Assembly: GCA_951406725.2 (NCBI GenBank)
Contig: OX597815.1
Coordinates: forward strand, 163,866,001 to 163,930,000
DNA length: 64,000 bases
Reading direction: 5' to 3'
Source of the DNA: Octopus vulgaris
Lineage: Eukaryota
In this document: positions 40,737 through 52,622 of the stretch, piece after piece
Position numbering within the stretch: position 1 is the stretch's first letter
How the letters are laid out: each line of letters begins with the position of its first letter
The notes under the pieces: generated by a model
The model's database searches: none
Seen by the model: only the letters and a program-made list of their open reading frames with translations
What the model was told of the DNA's origin: nothing
Translations under genes and position numbers: made by a program

Positions 40737-41223
40737 CTATGTGTGCGTGTTTGTGCTTGTCAGTTTTCGTATATTGTATTTGATAACGGCCGAAAATCAA
40801 TATTGATTTGTTCACGTCTCCACAGCCTGACTATTCGGGAAGTATTTAGAACTCTTCTAATAAGTACCAGACCTTAAACAGTATATGTTTCCTGGGCACA
40901 AATTTATTCTTGCAATATAACGAACGTGATGCGATCAGCAGCAGATAGAAGAGAGACAGAATCTATTTTATCCTCAATATAGAAAGCTAGTGTAGGAATT
41001 AGCACTGTAATATAACAGCTTATCCATCCATCAATCCCTCCATCCATCCATTTATCTATCTAATTATTTGTCTATTTACTTATCTATCTATCATCACGGT
41101 TCTTCTCCTCTTTCCCTCCTCTTTATATGTATATGTATTACAATATATATACATACATATGTGTATGTGTGTGTGATTAGATAGGTAGTTAGATAAACTG
41201 AGACGCACATACATACAAACCTA

Positions 41224-41272
<49 letters not shown>

Positions 41273-42059
41273 TTAGATTCATGTATAGCTAGAGAAATAA
41301 TCTGTTTTGCTCGTCTCTCGCTCGCGTATATATATGTATATATATATATATATTACATATTTCGCAGGCATACATGAGTATGTATATACAGATATACATG
41401 GATAGGCACATAGATGCACACACACACACACATACACAGACGCACGCATACATATGCATGCATACATACATACATACTTATGTAAAACTCGGCACATTTG
41501 CTCTCTCTTTTCCTGTTTCTGTCTCGTAGTGTCTTTAAGGTAGATTCTAACTCACGCTGAATGTTTTCAGTCATATAGTCGTGACTTAGCAAGACTAAAT
41601 TTAGAAACACTCAGAATGATATAGATTTATAGGATCAAAATATAATTACACACACTTAAATGCGAATTTATAGCTGAAAATACTTACGCTCACTGACGTA
41701 TATTCGAACAGATATACGTCTGCATACGTATTTATTAAGTTAATGTTAAGCGCGAATTATTAACCTTGAACTTAATTTCGTTACATATATATATGCGCTC
41801 AGGTGAACATATTAATGCACACGCAAACTTACAAAAACGCTCAGATATTCATATGTATACACTGAAACTTACAAACATGAACAAATTAATACATTCACAC
41901 ATATCTTTATAGCGGCAAATTATTACACATAGAGAAATAGAGAGAAAGAATAAGCAATCAACCATGAACCAATCTACTGCAATTTTTGGTTCTTCCGAAA
42001 GAAATATGTAATCACTGACAGTGCACAACAACTCAACATATATATATATATATATATGT

Positions 42060-42090
42060 ATATTTTAACGATACACACATACACATACAT

Positions 42091-42146
<56 letters not shown>

Positions 42147-42395
42147 TAACGATACACACATACACATACATTATATATATATATGTATATATATATGTAT
42201 ATATTAACGATACACACATACACATACATTATATATATATATGTATATATATATGTATATATTAACGATACACACATACACATACATTATATATATATGT
42301 ATATGTATATATATATGTATATATTAACGATACACACATGCACATACATTATATATATATATATGTATGTATATATTCACGATACACACATACAC

Positions 42396-42448
<53 letters not shown>

Positions 42449-42621
42449 TGAATAGATCGTGATTGGCAGGCAGATAGATAGATAGATAGATAGATAGATA
42501 CCATGCTTCACGCTTATTTAATTCGCATACACAAATAGTCATCGCCCCGACTACTTGTTGAGTTGTTGTGCACTGTCAGTGATTATATATATATATATTC
42601 ACGATACACACATACACACAC

Positions 42622-42625
<4 letters not shown>
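42060..42625. repeat. Minisatellite of TATTAACGATACACACATACACATACATT units separated by (TA)n, about 7 copies
   Basis: Units start near 42061, 42144, 42201, 42260, 42321, 42374 and 42596. Confidence 0.85.
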
Positions 42626-42703
<78 letters not shown>

Positions 42704-43485
42704 ATAATATTTATATATTTGCATATATATATGTATATATAATTTATGTTTACCTGTATATATATATATATGGGGGTGTTTTATGTGCTTTCGAGTGATT
42801 GCGAAATATTTCTTTTTCGGTATAATAGTTCTCGAAACACATTATAAAGAGCTATAAAGTACAGCATATAAAATTCAGGGTTAGAAAAACCCTTTTGGAC
42901 AGAAAAAAGCCAAATACATACATACATACATACATACATACATACATACATACAAAAAACAACCGCACATATACACACGCTTACACAAACACATACATTC
43001 ACACATATTTATGCCTATGCCACAAATATACCACGCAGGACTTCTAAATGTTTTGTTCGGTGTTCAGCTGTCAGCCGCTGTTAAACTGAACACATTTTTA
43101 ACTTAGCCACGTAATACCCTGTGCTCATTTGTTGATATTTCTGGTTGATGGTATATAAATCAGCCAGAAACAAACACAATAGTCATATTACTAAACAATA
43201 TTTATTGTCTAAGGAAAGTAGAGGGAAAAAAAATCTCTTCAGAGAATTTTTCTTATAGTATCTTGTAAGTTAGAACGATGAAATATTTAACAGGCGCTGT
43301 ACATTAAATAGTCGCACACAAGGCTCGGAAGTGCAATCTTAAATCATTAAAAGTAGATGGTTATTTACTAAGAGTGTTCAATGAATCAATGAGTAGCCGG
43401 TGCGTTGGCTTGTTAGCTATGCGAAGTAGACAAAGATGGACCTTAATGATATCTCGTGAAGAAAATATGAAATACACGACAGAGG

Positions 43486-43523
<38 letters not shown>

Positions 43524-43596
43524 GAGAGACATAGAGAGAGAGAGAGAGACAGAGAGAGAGAGTGTGTGTGTGTGTGTGTATAATATTACATAATAT

Positions 43597-43960
43597 GAGG
43601 TGTGGCTGTGTTGTAAGAAGCAAATTTCCCGATGGTTCCGGGTTCGGTCCACTGTGTTGCACCACGGGCAAGTACTTTCTACTGTAACCCCGAGTCGACC
43701 GAAGCCTTGTGAGTGGATTTGATTGACGGAAACTGAAAGAAGCCCGTCGGGTATGTATATGTATGTGAGTGTGGGTTTTTGTGCGTGTCTTGCGTTTGTC
43801 CCCAACTAGCACTTCATAACCAGTGTTGGTTTGTTTAAGTCCCCGTGATTTAGTGGTTCGACAGGAAGATCCCGACAGATTCAGTACCAGGCTTAAAATG
43901 AAATAAGTCGATTTCTTTGATTTAACACTTGAAGTCGATGCCACAACATGCCTGCACCAT
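43597..43960 (+). mobile_element. SINE family B, degenerate
   Basis: GTGGCTGTGTTGTAAGAAGC...GGTTCGGTCC...GCCTTGTGAGTGGATTTG..GACGGAAACTGAAAGAAGCCCGTC. Confidence 0.75.
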
Positions 43961-43974
43961 GCATATCTATGTTA

Positions 43975-44498
43975 CTCATGTATGTATGTATGTATGTATG
44001 TATGTATGTATGTATGTATGTATGTATGTATGTACATGTATATATATATGTATGTATATATGTGTATATATATGTGTATGTGTATGTATATATGTATGTA
44101 TATATGTGTATGTGTATGTATATATGTGTATGTGTATGTATATATGTGTATGTATGTATATATATGTGTATGTATGTATATATATATGTGTATGTATATA
44201 TGTGTATGTATGTATATATGTGTATGTATATATGTGTATGTATGTATATATATATGTATGTATATATGTGTATGTATGTATATATATATGTGTATGTATA
44301 TATGTGTATGTATGTATATATATATGTATATATGTGTATGTATGTATATATATATGTATATATGTGTATGTATGTATATATATATATGTATGTATATATG
44401 TGTATTATGTATATATATGTATATGTATGTATATATGTATATGTATGTATATATATATATGTATGTATATATGTGTATTATGTATATATATGTATATG

Positions 44499-44547
<49 letters not shown>

Positions 44548-44548
44548 A
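43975..44548. repeat. (TATG/TA/TG)n compound microsatellite
   Basis: Directly visible. Confidence 0.95.
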
Positions 44549-45631
44549 TCTCTTATTATAAAAGGCAGATTTTAGCTGCCTCCCTTTGGGAGTTATACAA
44601 ATCTACAATATAGGATTTCTTCAATTACAATTTACCTGGCATTTTTAAGAGTACAATGCATCGCGTCATGCCAGGTCCAGTTTTTAAAATTTAAACTCCA
44701 ATTAAGCAAAATTTACAGAAAACTCACATTCTGGTGTGTGTGTCAAATGCTTTTCTTAGTCTGGTTTACACCACACGCAAACGCACACACACAGTGTGCA
44801 ACCAATAAAGTGAAACTAGATGTAATATTTGTTTCTCTCTATCACGCTGATAGATACATGAGTAAAATGTATGGGAAGCTAACACATAACAGTGAGTGAA
44901 AATGTTCTTGGAAGAGAGTAAATAGCCAGAGATAGTGATTTGAGGTACATTAAATAACCGTAGTGGCTTGTGTTAGTAATAAAGTAAACATACACTCATA
45001 CATACATACACATACATACATACATACATACATACATACATACATACATACATACATACATACATACATACATACATACATACATACATACATACATACA
45101 CACACATACACACACATACATACATACATACATACACACACACATACATACATACACACATACATACATACATACATATACATACATACACACACATACA
45201 CATACACACAGTATTGAAGCTTGAGAACAATCAGATACATTTGCAACACATCTGTTGAAAATATTATTGTTCACACACATACATATACATATATACATAC
45301 AGACAGACAGACAGATAGACACACACACACACACACATGATCCAGCATGGCCACAACCTCAAGGCTGAAACATATAAAAGAATAACAGAATATAAATGTG
45401 TGCATGTGTGTGAGAGAGAGAGTGTGTGTATATATGTATGTATGTATATATATATAATAATGCGGTTTTTTCAACAGCTTGAACTAAAAGTCAGAGGGGA
45501 ATGGGATAAACTACTTATATTAACTTGCTATAAAAGCAGGTAGTAATTTTATCTTGTACTTATTCATAGTGCAAGTTTTGAAGAGTGCATTTCGATTTTA
45601 ACAGCTATTTTTTTCAAAGCTATATTGGAAC

Positions 45632-45883
45632 AGCCTAGAAGACGAGCCTCATCCTGAAAGATCTGTAGAACTCGACAAGGACATCCTGAAAACCCTGGTG
45701 GAACAAAATCTCATCGTAACTGTTGAGGAACTAGCAGAGAAGCTTGGATTTGGTCATTCAACCATTCATTGAGACCTGTGTGCTATCGGAAAAGTCAGCA
45801 AATTGGGTCAATGGGTTCCTCACGAACTTTCCGAGTCTAATTGCATGCAGAGAGTGAATGTATGCTTTTCTTTGCTGTCACAT
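45632..45883 (+). pseudogene. mariner transposase fragment (HTH and linker region)
   Basis: Manual translation SLEDEPHPERSVELDKDILKTLVEQNLIVTVEELAEKLGFGHSTIH*DLCAIGKVSKLGQWVPHELSESNCMQRVNVCFSLL. Contains the diagnostic mariner WVPHEL motif (45812-45829); one in-frame stop at 45770. Confidence 0.9.
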
Positions 45884-45907
45884 CTCACCACTACTGCGCT
45901 ATGTATA

Positions 45908-46544
45908 TCTATATATATAAAACTGTAGTTGTGTGAGTGTCTGTCCCCTCCGATTTAGATTCCTAACTACTCCCACATTTTGCGGTGCAGTTTAACCAAA
46001 TTCGGGTAGCTTATAGTCGTGATTCATATCGAGCCCGTCTGAGTATTAGCGCGCGTCTACGATGAGTCTACGATTTTAAAAATAATTTAACATCATTTTT
46101 TATTCCATTTTAATGCATAATTTTTCGTGTGTCGATGGCGGCGGAGTTGGCGTCCACGCTCACACCTGCACCTGTGGGGAAGGGAGTGTAAGGAAATCAA
46201 CGTCGTAATGCGTTGTCAAGGAGACCAGCGTTCTTTTAGAACAACGACTTCATGGCTTGAAGACACCAACACAGAAATGGCTAAGAAAGCGTCTACATGA
46301 GTCTACGATTTAAAAAAAATTTACCATCGTTTTTTTTTCCATTTTAATGCATTTTTTCGCTATTATATAAGGGAAGTAACTCTCTAAAAATGTCTACGAT
46401 GAGTCAACGATTTAAAAAAAAATTTACCATCATGTTTTTTCCATTTTTAATGCATTTTTTGCTATTTTTTGGCTATAACTCTCTAAAAATGTTTATATAG
46501 TTATTTCCCTTACAAACCCGAGCAACGCCGGGCGATACTGCTAG
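45908..46544 (+). mobile_element. Complete non-autonomous Helitron (637 bp)
   Basis: A|TCTATATATATAAAA 5' end, 3' hairpin CCCGAGCAACGCCGGG (46517-46532), CTAG|T end, no TSD. Three internal repeats of GTCTACGATGAGTCTACGATTT.AAAA. Confidence 0.88.
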
Positions 46545-46576
<32 letters not shown>

Positions 46577-46582
46577 TGTATG

Positions 46583-46613
<31 letters not shown>

Positions 46614-46635
46614 ATATATGTATATATGTATATAT

Positions 46636-46710
<75 letters not shown>

Positions 46711-47490
46711 ATTGGGTAACAGAAACTGTGCAGAATCCTATTCAATGGATTGTATTTGTATTTTAAGTCCCAATGGGTTACGCTGGTTCGGCCAGAGAAT
46801 TACATTACTTATACACTTGTTGGTGAAAAGATTCAGTTGCATAGACGTTTATTTAAAGAGCCTGGTCTATCAGATGATCGAACAAGTGAAAGTTAATAGC
46901 CGGAAATTCTGACCGAGATCCATATTTAGAAAGAGTATTGGATTGCGTAGTCTTACAATATTGAAGTCCACAATGTCTGGTAAAAGGCAGGAAAGACACA
47001 GCTGGAACTCTTCTGATTACAAGTTTTCTCGATTAGTTTTAACCAAGACTAAATAAGAACAACTACAACGAGGTGGACTGAAGCTATGCGAATTAATGCG
47101 TTGAGACAAAAACAGCAAGATAATGTTCATGGAGGATTTGAACTCAAGAGCGCTGATGTTATCCACCCGATTAGTAATTCTGTTATTGTGTTGAACATCA
47201 CACTCGTACACGTGTATGTCACTGCCTATATTCCTAAGTTTTACGTGTAATTTAGAGCTGTGATCAAAAATGTTCCAGGTGAGACTGTCAATCCATTTTT
47301 TTTTTCAAAGTGAAAATGGTCAACTATATGCGCTGGCGTAAGAAGTTTGCTTCCCAACCACATAGTTTGGGTTGAGTCTCACTGCGTGGCACCTTGAGCG
47401 CAGGTGTCATCTACTATAGTAGCCTCAGACCAACCAAAGCCTTCCGAGTGGATTTGGTAGACGAAAATTGAAAAACTGAAAAAGCCAGTC

Positions 47491-47524
<34 letters not shown>

Positions 47525-47529
<5 letters not shown>

Positions 47530-47794
47530 TAAGCAAGGGGTACAAATTAGTACTGGCATTGCTAGAAATAAGTGTCAAAAACGACACGAATAGCTACACA
47601 AAGTACTAACCTCATAATTTCATGAAAAGCGATATATCTGTTCATTCTGTGAGTTTATCTCATCATAGAAAGGTACTTTATCTCGCTCCCTCGCTTTTCG
47701 TCAGCTCATGAGGTTAGTGCTTTGTGTGGTCCCTCAAGTCGTTTTTGACTTATTTCTAGCAATGTCGGTCTAATTTATGTCCTTGTTTATTAAT
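47525..47794. repeat. Long imperfect inverted repeat 1
   Basis: ATTAATAAGCAAGG...CATTGCTAGAAATAAG...CACAAAGTACTAACCTCAT versus ATGAGGTTAGTGCTTTGTG...CTTATTTCTAGCAATG...CCTTGTTTATTAAT. Confidence 0.85.
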
Positions 47795-47850
47795 TTGCCT
47801 TTAGGTTATAATTGCTAACGAGCCACCTGTATTATGAATTTATTATAATT

Positions 47851-48282
47851 ATAAAGTGGTGGTATGTTGTCAACTTAATGTGACAGTGCCATGAAAGGGA
47901 AGAAAACTATTGCTATTTAGCCCTAGAAAGCGCCGCTTCTTGTTGGCCTTGACACCTTTCCTGTGTCCTTATGTTTACAAAGGGGGAGATAAGCACCTTC
48001 ATCCAGCAAAGCCAGCGACCAGAGACTAGTTTCTGAGTTATTGCTCGTCATCAGTAGGAGTAGCATGGCTGGCTATCTGTCGATGCCTATAATTCAAGTG
48101 ATAATTCCAGACTGATGACGTCACTGAGTGCTGGCTTTGCTGGGTGGAGGTGCTTATATCCCCCTTTGTAAACATAAGGACACAGGAAATGCGTCAAGGC
48201 CGACCGGAAGTGTTGCTTCCTAGGGCTAAATGGCAGTAGTATTCTTCCCTTTCATTAAGTTGACAACATACTACCATTTTAT
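47851..48282. repeat. Long inverted repeat 2 with hammerhead remnants in the spacer
   Basis: Arms of ~150 bp, e.g. TTTCCTGTGTCCTTATGTTTACAAAGGGG / CCCCTTTGTAAACATAAGGACACAGGAAA. Minus strand CTGATGA-cgagcaataactca-GAA-ACTAGT-C at 48024-48054. Confidence 0.9.
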
Positions 48283-48370
48283 TGTGTTACTACTGTATAA
48301 ATCTCTCTAAGAGATTTAGAAATGTATTATTTCTATTTAATATATTACAGTGTTTTATATATATATATAT

Positions 48371-48749
48371 ATATTCAAAGAAAGAAAATGGAGAAATGTT
48401 GATGTATGAATAATTTATTTGTATAATATAAAGATGTTGAATTTTTTTAAAAGTAGCAATAAAAATGAATTTATAAGTTGTAAAGCTCAAAAAGAAACGG
48501 GTGATGCGAAAAACCTACATATATGTTTCGGTGCTAACCCCTAGTTGATATCTAATATATAAAAACCAACATATTTGTTTCAGCTAGCAGCGAAACATAT
48601 ATGTAGCTTTTTCACATCGCCCATTTCATTTTGAGCTTTACAACTTATAATTTATTTTATTGCTATTTATTAAAACATTTCAACATCTTTATATGATACG
48701 AAAAAATTATTCATAGATCCATCTTTCTCCATTTTCTTTCTTTCAATAT
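48371..48749. repeat. Long inverted repeat 3
   Basis: Arms of ~165 bp, e.g. TTATAAGTTGTAAAGCTCAAAA / TTTTGAGCTTTACAACTTATAA. Both inner ends carry CGAAACATATATGTA. Confidence 0.9.
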
Positions 48750-48878
48750 TAATAATATGTATAACTACAATAACCCCTAACGTATCGCCGATACTTTCTC
48801 ATTCTATGATAGTGATTAACGAGTGGAAAAATTTGGATTATATAATCCCTAATGTGGATCAAACATCCCCGAATTGGC

Positions 48879-48915
<37 letters not shown>

Positions 48916-49417
48916 TTTTACCTCCGCCATCGCTTCACAACCGATACTGGTGTCTTTATGTCCCTGTAAGCAGAAGTAATACAGTGACTCAAAGTCTCTG
49001 AGTTTTGCCCGTTGGCACGTATCAAACGTGTGTGTATGTGTGTTTATATTGCGTGTGTGTGTGTCTTTGTGTCTGTGTTTGTCGCCCACCATCGCTTTAC
49101 AACTGGTGTTGGTGTGTTTGCATCCCCTTAACTTAGCTATCCTGAGAAAGAGACCTATAGAATAAGTCCTAGGCTTTAAAGGGTAAGTCCCTTCAAGGTG
49201 GTACTCCAGCATGTCTGTTGTGAAATGACCGAAACAATTAACAGAAAAGATAACATTATTTAAGGTTAACATCATAAGAATTTATAAAATTTTGTGAGAA
49301 CCTAAAATAATTTTTTTTTTTGGAACAGTGGATCTCGAAGTACATAACGTTATAAATAATAGCAACCGTCAATTTCTTCCGAAAAAGGTTTTTTCAAACT
49401 AACGTTTACACGCTACA

Positions 49418-49632
49418 GGCCGGCGCGCTGGCAGAATCGTTATAATGTCGGGGAAAATGCTTAGTGGCATTTCATCCGTCTTTACGGATTTTAACTTTAA
49501 GTTAAAATTCCGCTGAGATCGACTTTGCCTTTCATCTTTCGGGGTCGATAAAATAAGTACTAGTTGAGTAATGGGTTCGATGTAATCGACTTAGCCTCCA
49601 CCTCAAAATTGCTGGCCTTGTACCAAAATTTG
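49418..49632 (+). mobile_element. SINE family A inserted into a palindromic element
   Basis: TSD AAACTAA(C/T)GTTTACA at 49396-49410 and 49633-49647; inverted arms TTTGGAACAGTGGATCTCGAA / TTCGAGATTCACTGTTCCAAA on either side. Confidence 0.75.
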
Positions 49633-51199
49633 AAACTAATGTTTACATACTATTATTCATTATTTGCTGTGTTTCGAGATTCACTGTTCCAAAAAAGAAA
49701 TATTTAAGGTATTTCTTGTAGACAGCACTCACTAGGAATCGAACCTCAGTATACTTCGCTTTCTTTCTATCTCTTTAGAAATAAAGCGTATTATATGGAA
49801 GGGCTAAAGTGATATCTTCTTACAGGGTGCTTACAGGTCGCCCTAACAGTCTGCAAGAAATAGATGTTGAATTGCATTCTTACTATTTTGAACAGTTACA
49901 TCATATTGGATCATTGGTTAATAACATAATTCCTCTTTCGATTTTTATTTTATTACATTTTATTTATTTATTTTGTATACTGCTCTCAGTAACTGGACTG
50001 CAGCCACGCTAGGCTATCATCGCCCAGGTCGATGATGACGGTGGTGTCATAGTCCGAGAAAGACGGTTTTGCAATTTGCTGCTGAATTTCCTACACACAA
50101 ATGATTTGTTTGTAATGATCAAATATTTGTGCTGTATATTAGCTCTCTGAATATGTACCTGGCGCGCCACACGTCGTTGTATTCGTGAGATAACCTGTGT
50201 TACTCACGAATACAACGTACTGACCAGTCCATTAAATGAAACCACAACCACGATCACGCAATCATGAATACAACGCTCTAACCACTGGGATATGCAACCT
50301 CACCGTCATCTACAGTACATCGTTTATTATATGGTGTTTATCTTTTCGTTCTCTCCCTTTTATTATAAAAACTATATGGTTTAAAAGAGGTTTAGCAGCT
50401 ATTTCCCGTATGCAGAGCGACCATCACAGATGCTCCCTCGTTTGCTCGTTCCATTAATTTTGTTAATGAAGGTAACGACGACTAAACTAATTAAGCTTTA
50501 CCAAAATGAGCGACAACTAACTAATCAGGCTTGTACTGAGCCAAGATATGTTATTTTGGCACCATTGCATCCAATATATGTTATCGTTTACTATTTGGTA
50601 TCCATTCAGTAGGCAGCCTTGTGTATCCACTTCCGCGTCGAATCATTCTTCTAATTAGACTTCAGTATTAGTTACAATTTAATTGAAGTCTTACTTAGTA
50701 ATTAATTACCTAAAACCATTAAGTTTTACTTTCCCCCATTAACTAGGCTGTTATCACTATCTATTTATCTTGACTCTATTAACTTACTGACACATTCACT
50801 TTCAGAAGTCATTTGATTTCTTGTGATTATTGATCAATTCAAAAATACCTCAGATTTTAAAGGAGCCAGTAAAATCGATTATACATACATGCAGACGTAC
50901 ATACATACACACACACACATATATACGCCTTATTTTGTTTGTAAAATGTATATTTATTTTATTTTGTTTGTATGTTCATATCTCTGCCGTGTTTGTTTTC
51001 GACACTGTTCCCTTCCCAGCGTTCGTTTGCTATTCCGAGCAGCTTCTCACTGTCGACGCCTACATAAGTGACCAATATTATCGTTAAAGGCGTAAAATTG
51101 TAAGAATTTTGGGGACGATAACTGACGAAGCATTAGCAAAGTCTCGTCTCGGGTGTGAATTTCCCGTTTGTTCCTTTGTCGTGTTTCTATTTAAATTTT

Positions 51200-51263
<64 letters not shown>

Positions 51264-52283
51264 CACACTCTTCAATTCTTGAACCGTATGTTATTTATCG
51301 CTTCATAGTGGGAGATGAACACAAAACGCAAAGAATCATTCATAAACCGCAAGGCATATCACCCGACATTCTATAAAAATCCTGCCAATTCGCCTCCTAA
51401 GTAGACTAAAAGCTTATCAACACCACCCCACCTTAGACTAAACATATGGCCATGCTGAGCCACCTCATTGAAGGATTCTAACCAAAGTATCTATTTTTAA
51501 AAGCTGGTTTTCGTCCTATCGGCCTCTTTTGCCAAACCGTAAAGTCACAGAAACGTAAACAAATTGACATTGACTATCAAGCGATAGGGAAATATTTTCC
51601 CAAGGTGCTGCGGATCAGAATTGAATCGGAAGCCACATAGGTAAAAAACAAAACCTTAACCACAAAATTATGTCGTTGTTTGGTTCAAGGTTAATTCAGA
51701 TTTTTCCAGCCATCCCTATTTTTGGTCTATCAGCAACTAACTACACTAACTTATGTGTCTTCATTTTTGAGAGTGGTTTGTGATTTAAAGGAAATTTGAC
51801 AGCTATTTCAAGCAGGTACAGATTTTTTTTTAGGTTGTACATGCTTATTCAACGCGACATGGGAATATAACAACCAAAGTCAACCTAGTTGTTGTGAAAC
51901 CATGTGTCTTCTAGATTGAGATAATGGACTTATGATTTCTAGGTCCATGGTTCAATTGTCGGAACGGACATTGCCTTTGCGCAAGACACTTCATTTTACG
52001 TTGCTCAAGTTCACTCGTTTGAATATGAGTAGAAGTGGCGGTTAAGAGTTAATCCGACGATGGACTTAAATACTATTCACTAAGAAGTCTTATATTTTAA
52101 GTTGTCAAAACAGCTCGATTCTCGGCAGCTTATCAAAGTGTTTAGACGACTGAAGTTAGTCTTTAGCTTGTAGTATCTTGATCATGCAGGTTTGAGTTGG
52201 ACTTCATTTACTTGGTGGTGGGGGATGCTATTTCTATTAGTCAAAATAAACACAGAAACTCGCTGATAAACTGATGCGCAGAG

Positions 52284-52622
52284 GCAAGGATACATTGGGA
52301 TACAAGGATACATATGTGGCTTGAAAACAATAGAAAAGTGGTATGAACATGAACCAGAAGCTGTGATAGATAACGAGAATTACAAGATCTTGAGGGATTT
52401 CCTCATAAAAACTGGCCATAGAATTGAAGCAAGAAGACTACATATGATCACAGAGAGCAAAATAAACAGTGTAAGATCATAGATTTTGCAATAAGAGATA
52501 GTAGAGTCGATACCAAAGAAATTTTTTTGAAAAACTGAGAAATATCAGGATCTAGCCAGATGATCTCTGAATGCTGTGGAAGACCAAGACAACAGTTGTT
52601 CTTGTAGTAACTGATGCACTTG
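52284..52622 (+). pseudogene. R4/Dong-like non-LTR retrotransposon fragment (restriction-like endonuclease region)
   Basis: Frameshifted translation ARIHWD...KWYEHEPEAVIDNENYKILRDFLIKTGHRIEARRLHMI...CKIIDFA...EKYQDLAR...LWKTKTTVVLVVTDAL matches the WYEHxPExVxEN..KILWDF..(R)RPDI..IID..EKYxDLA..W..VP(V/I)V.GALG pattern of R4-clade elements. Confidence 0.8.

Noticed and set aside
40779-40812. Possible U3:A8 hammerhead variant (TTGATAA-cggcc-GAAA-ATCAATATTGATT)
   Set aside because: No room for stem II, no stem I, and it lies in a decayed SINE B body.
42060-42625. CRISPR-like repeat-spacer appearance
   Set aside because: The spacers are just (TA)n, the context is eukaryotic, and there are no cas genes.
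47690-47710. Minus-strand CTGACGA in palindrome 1
   Set aside because: No downstream GAAA or stem III; it is only arm sequence.
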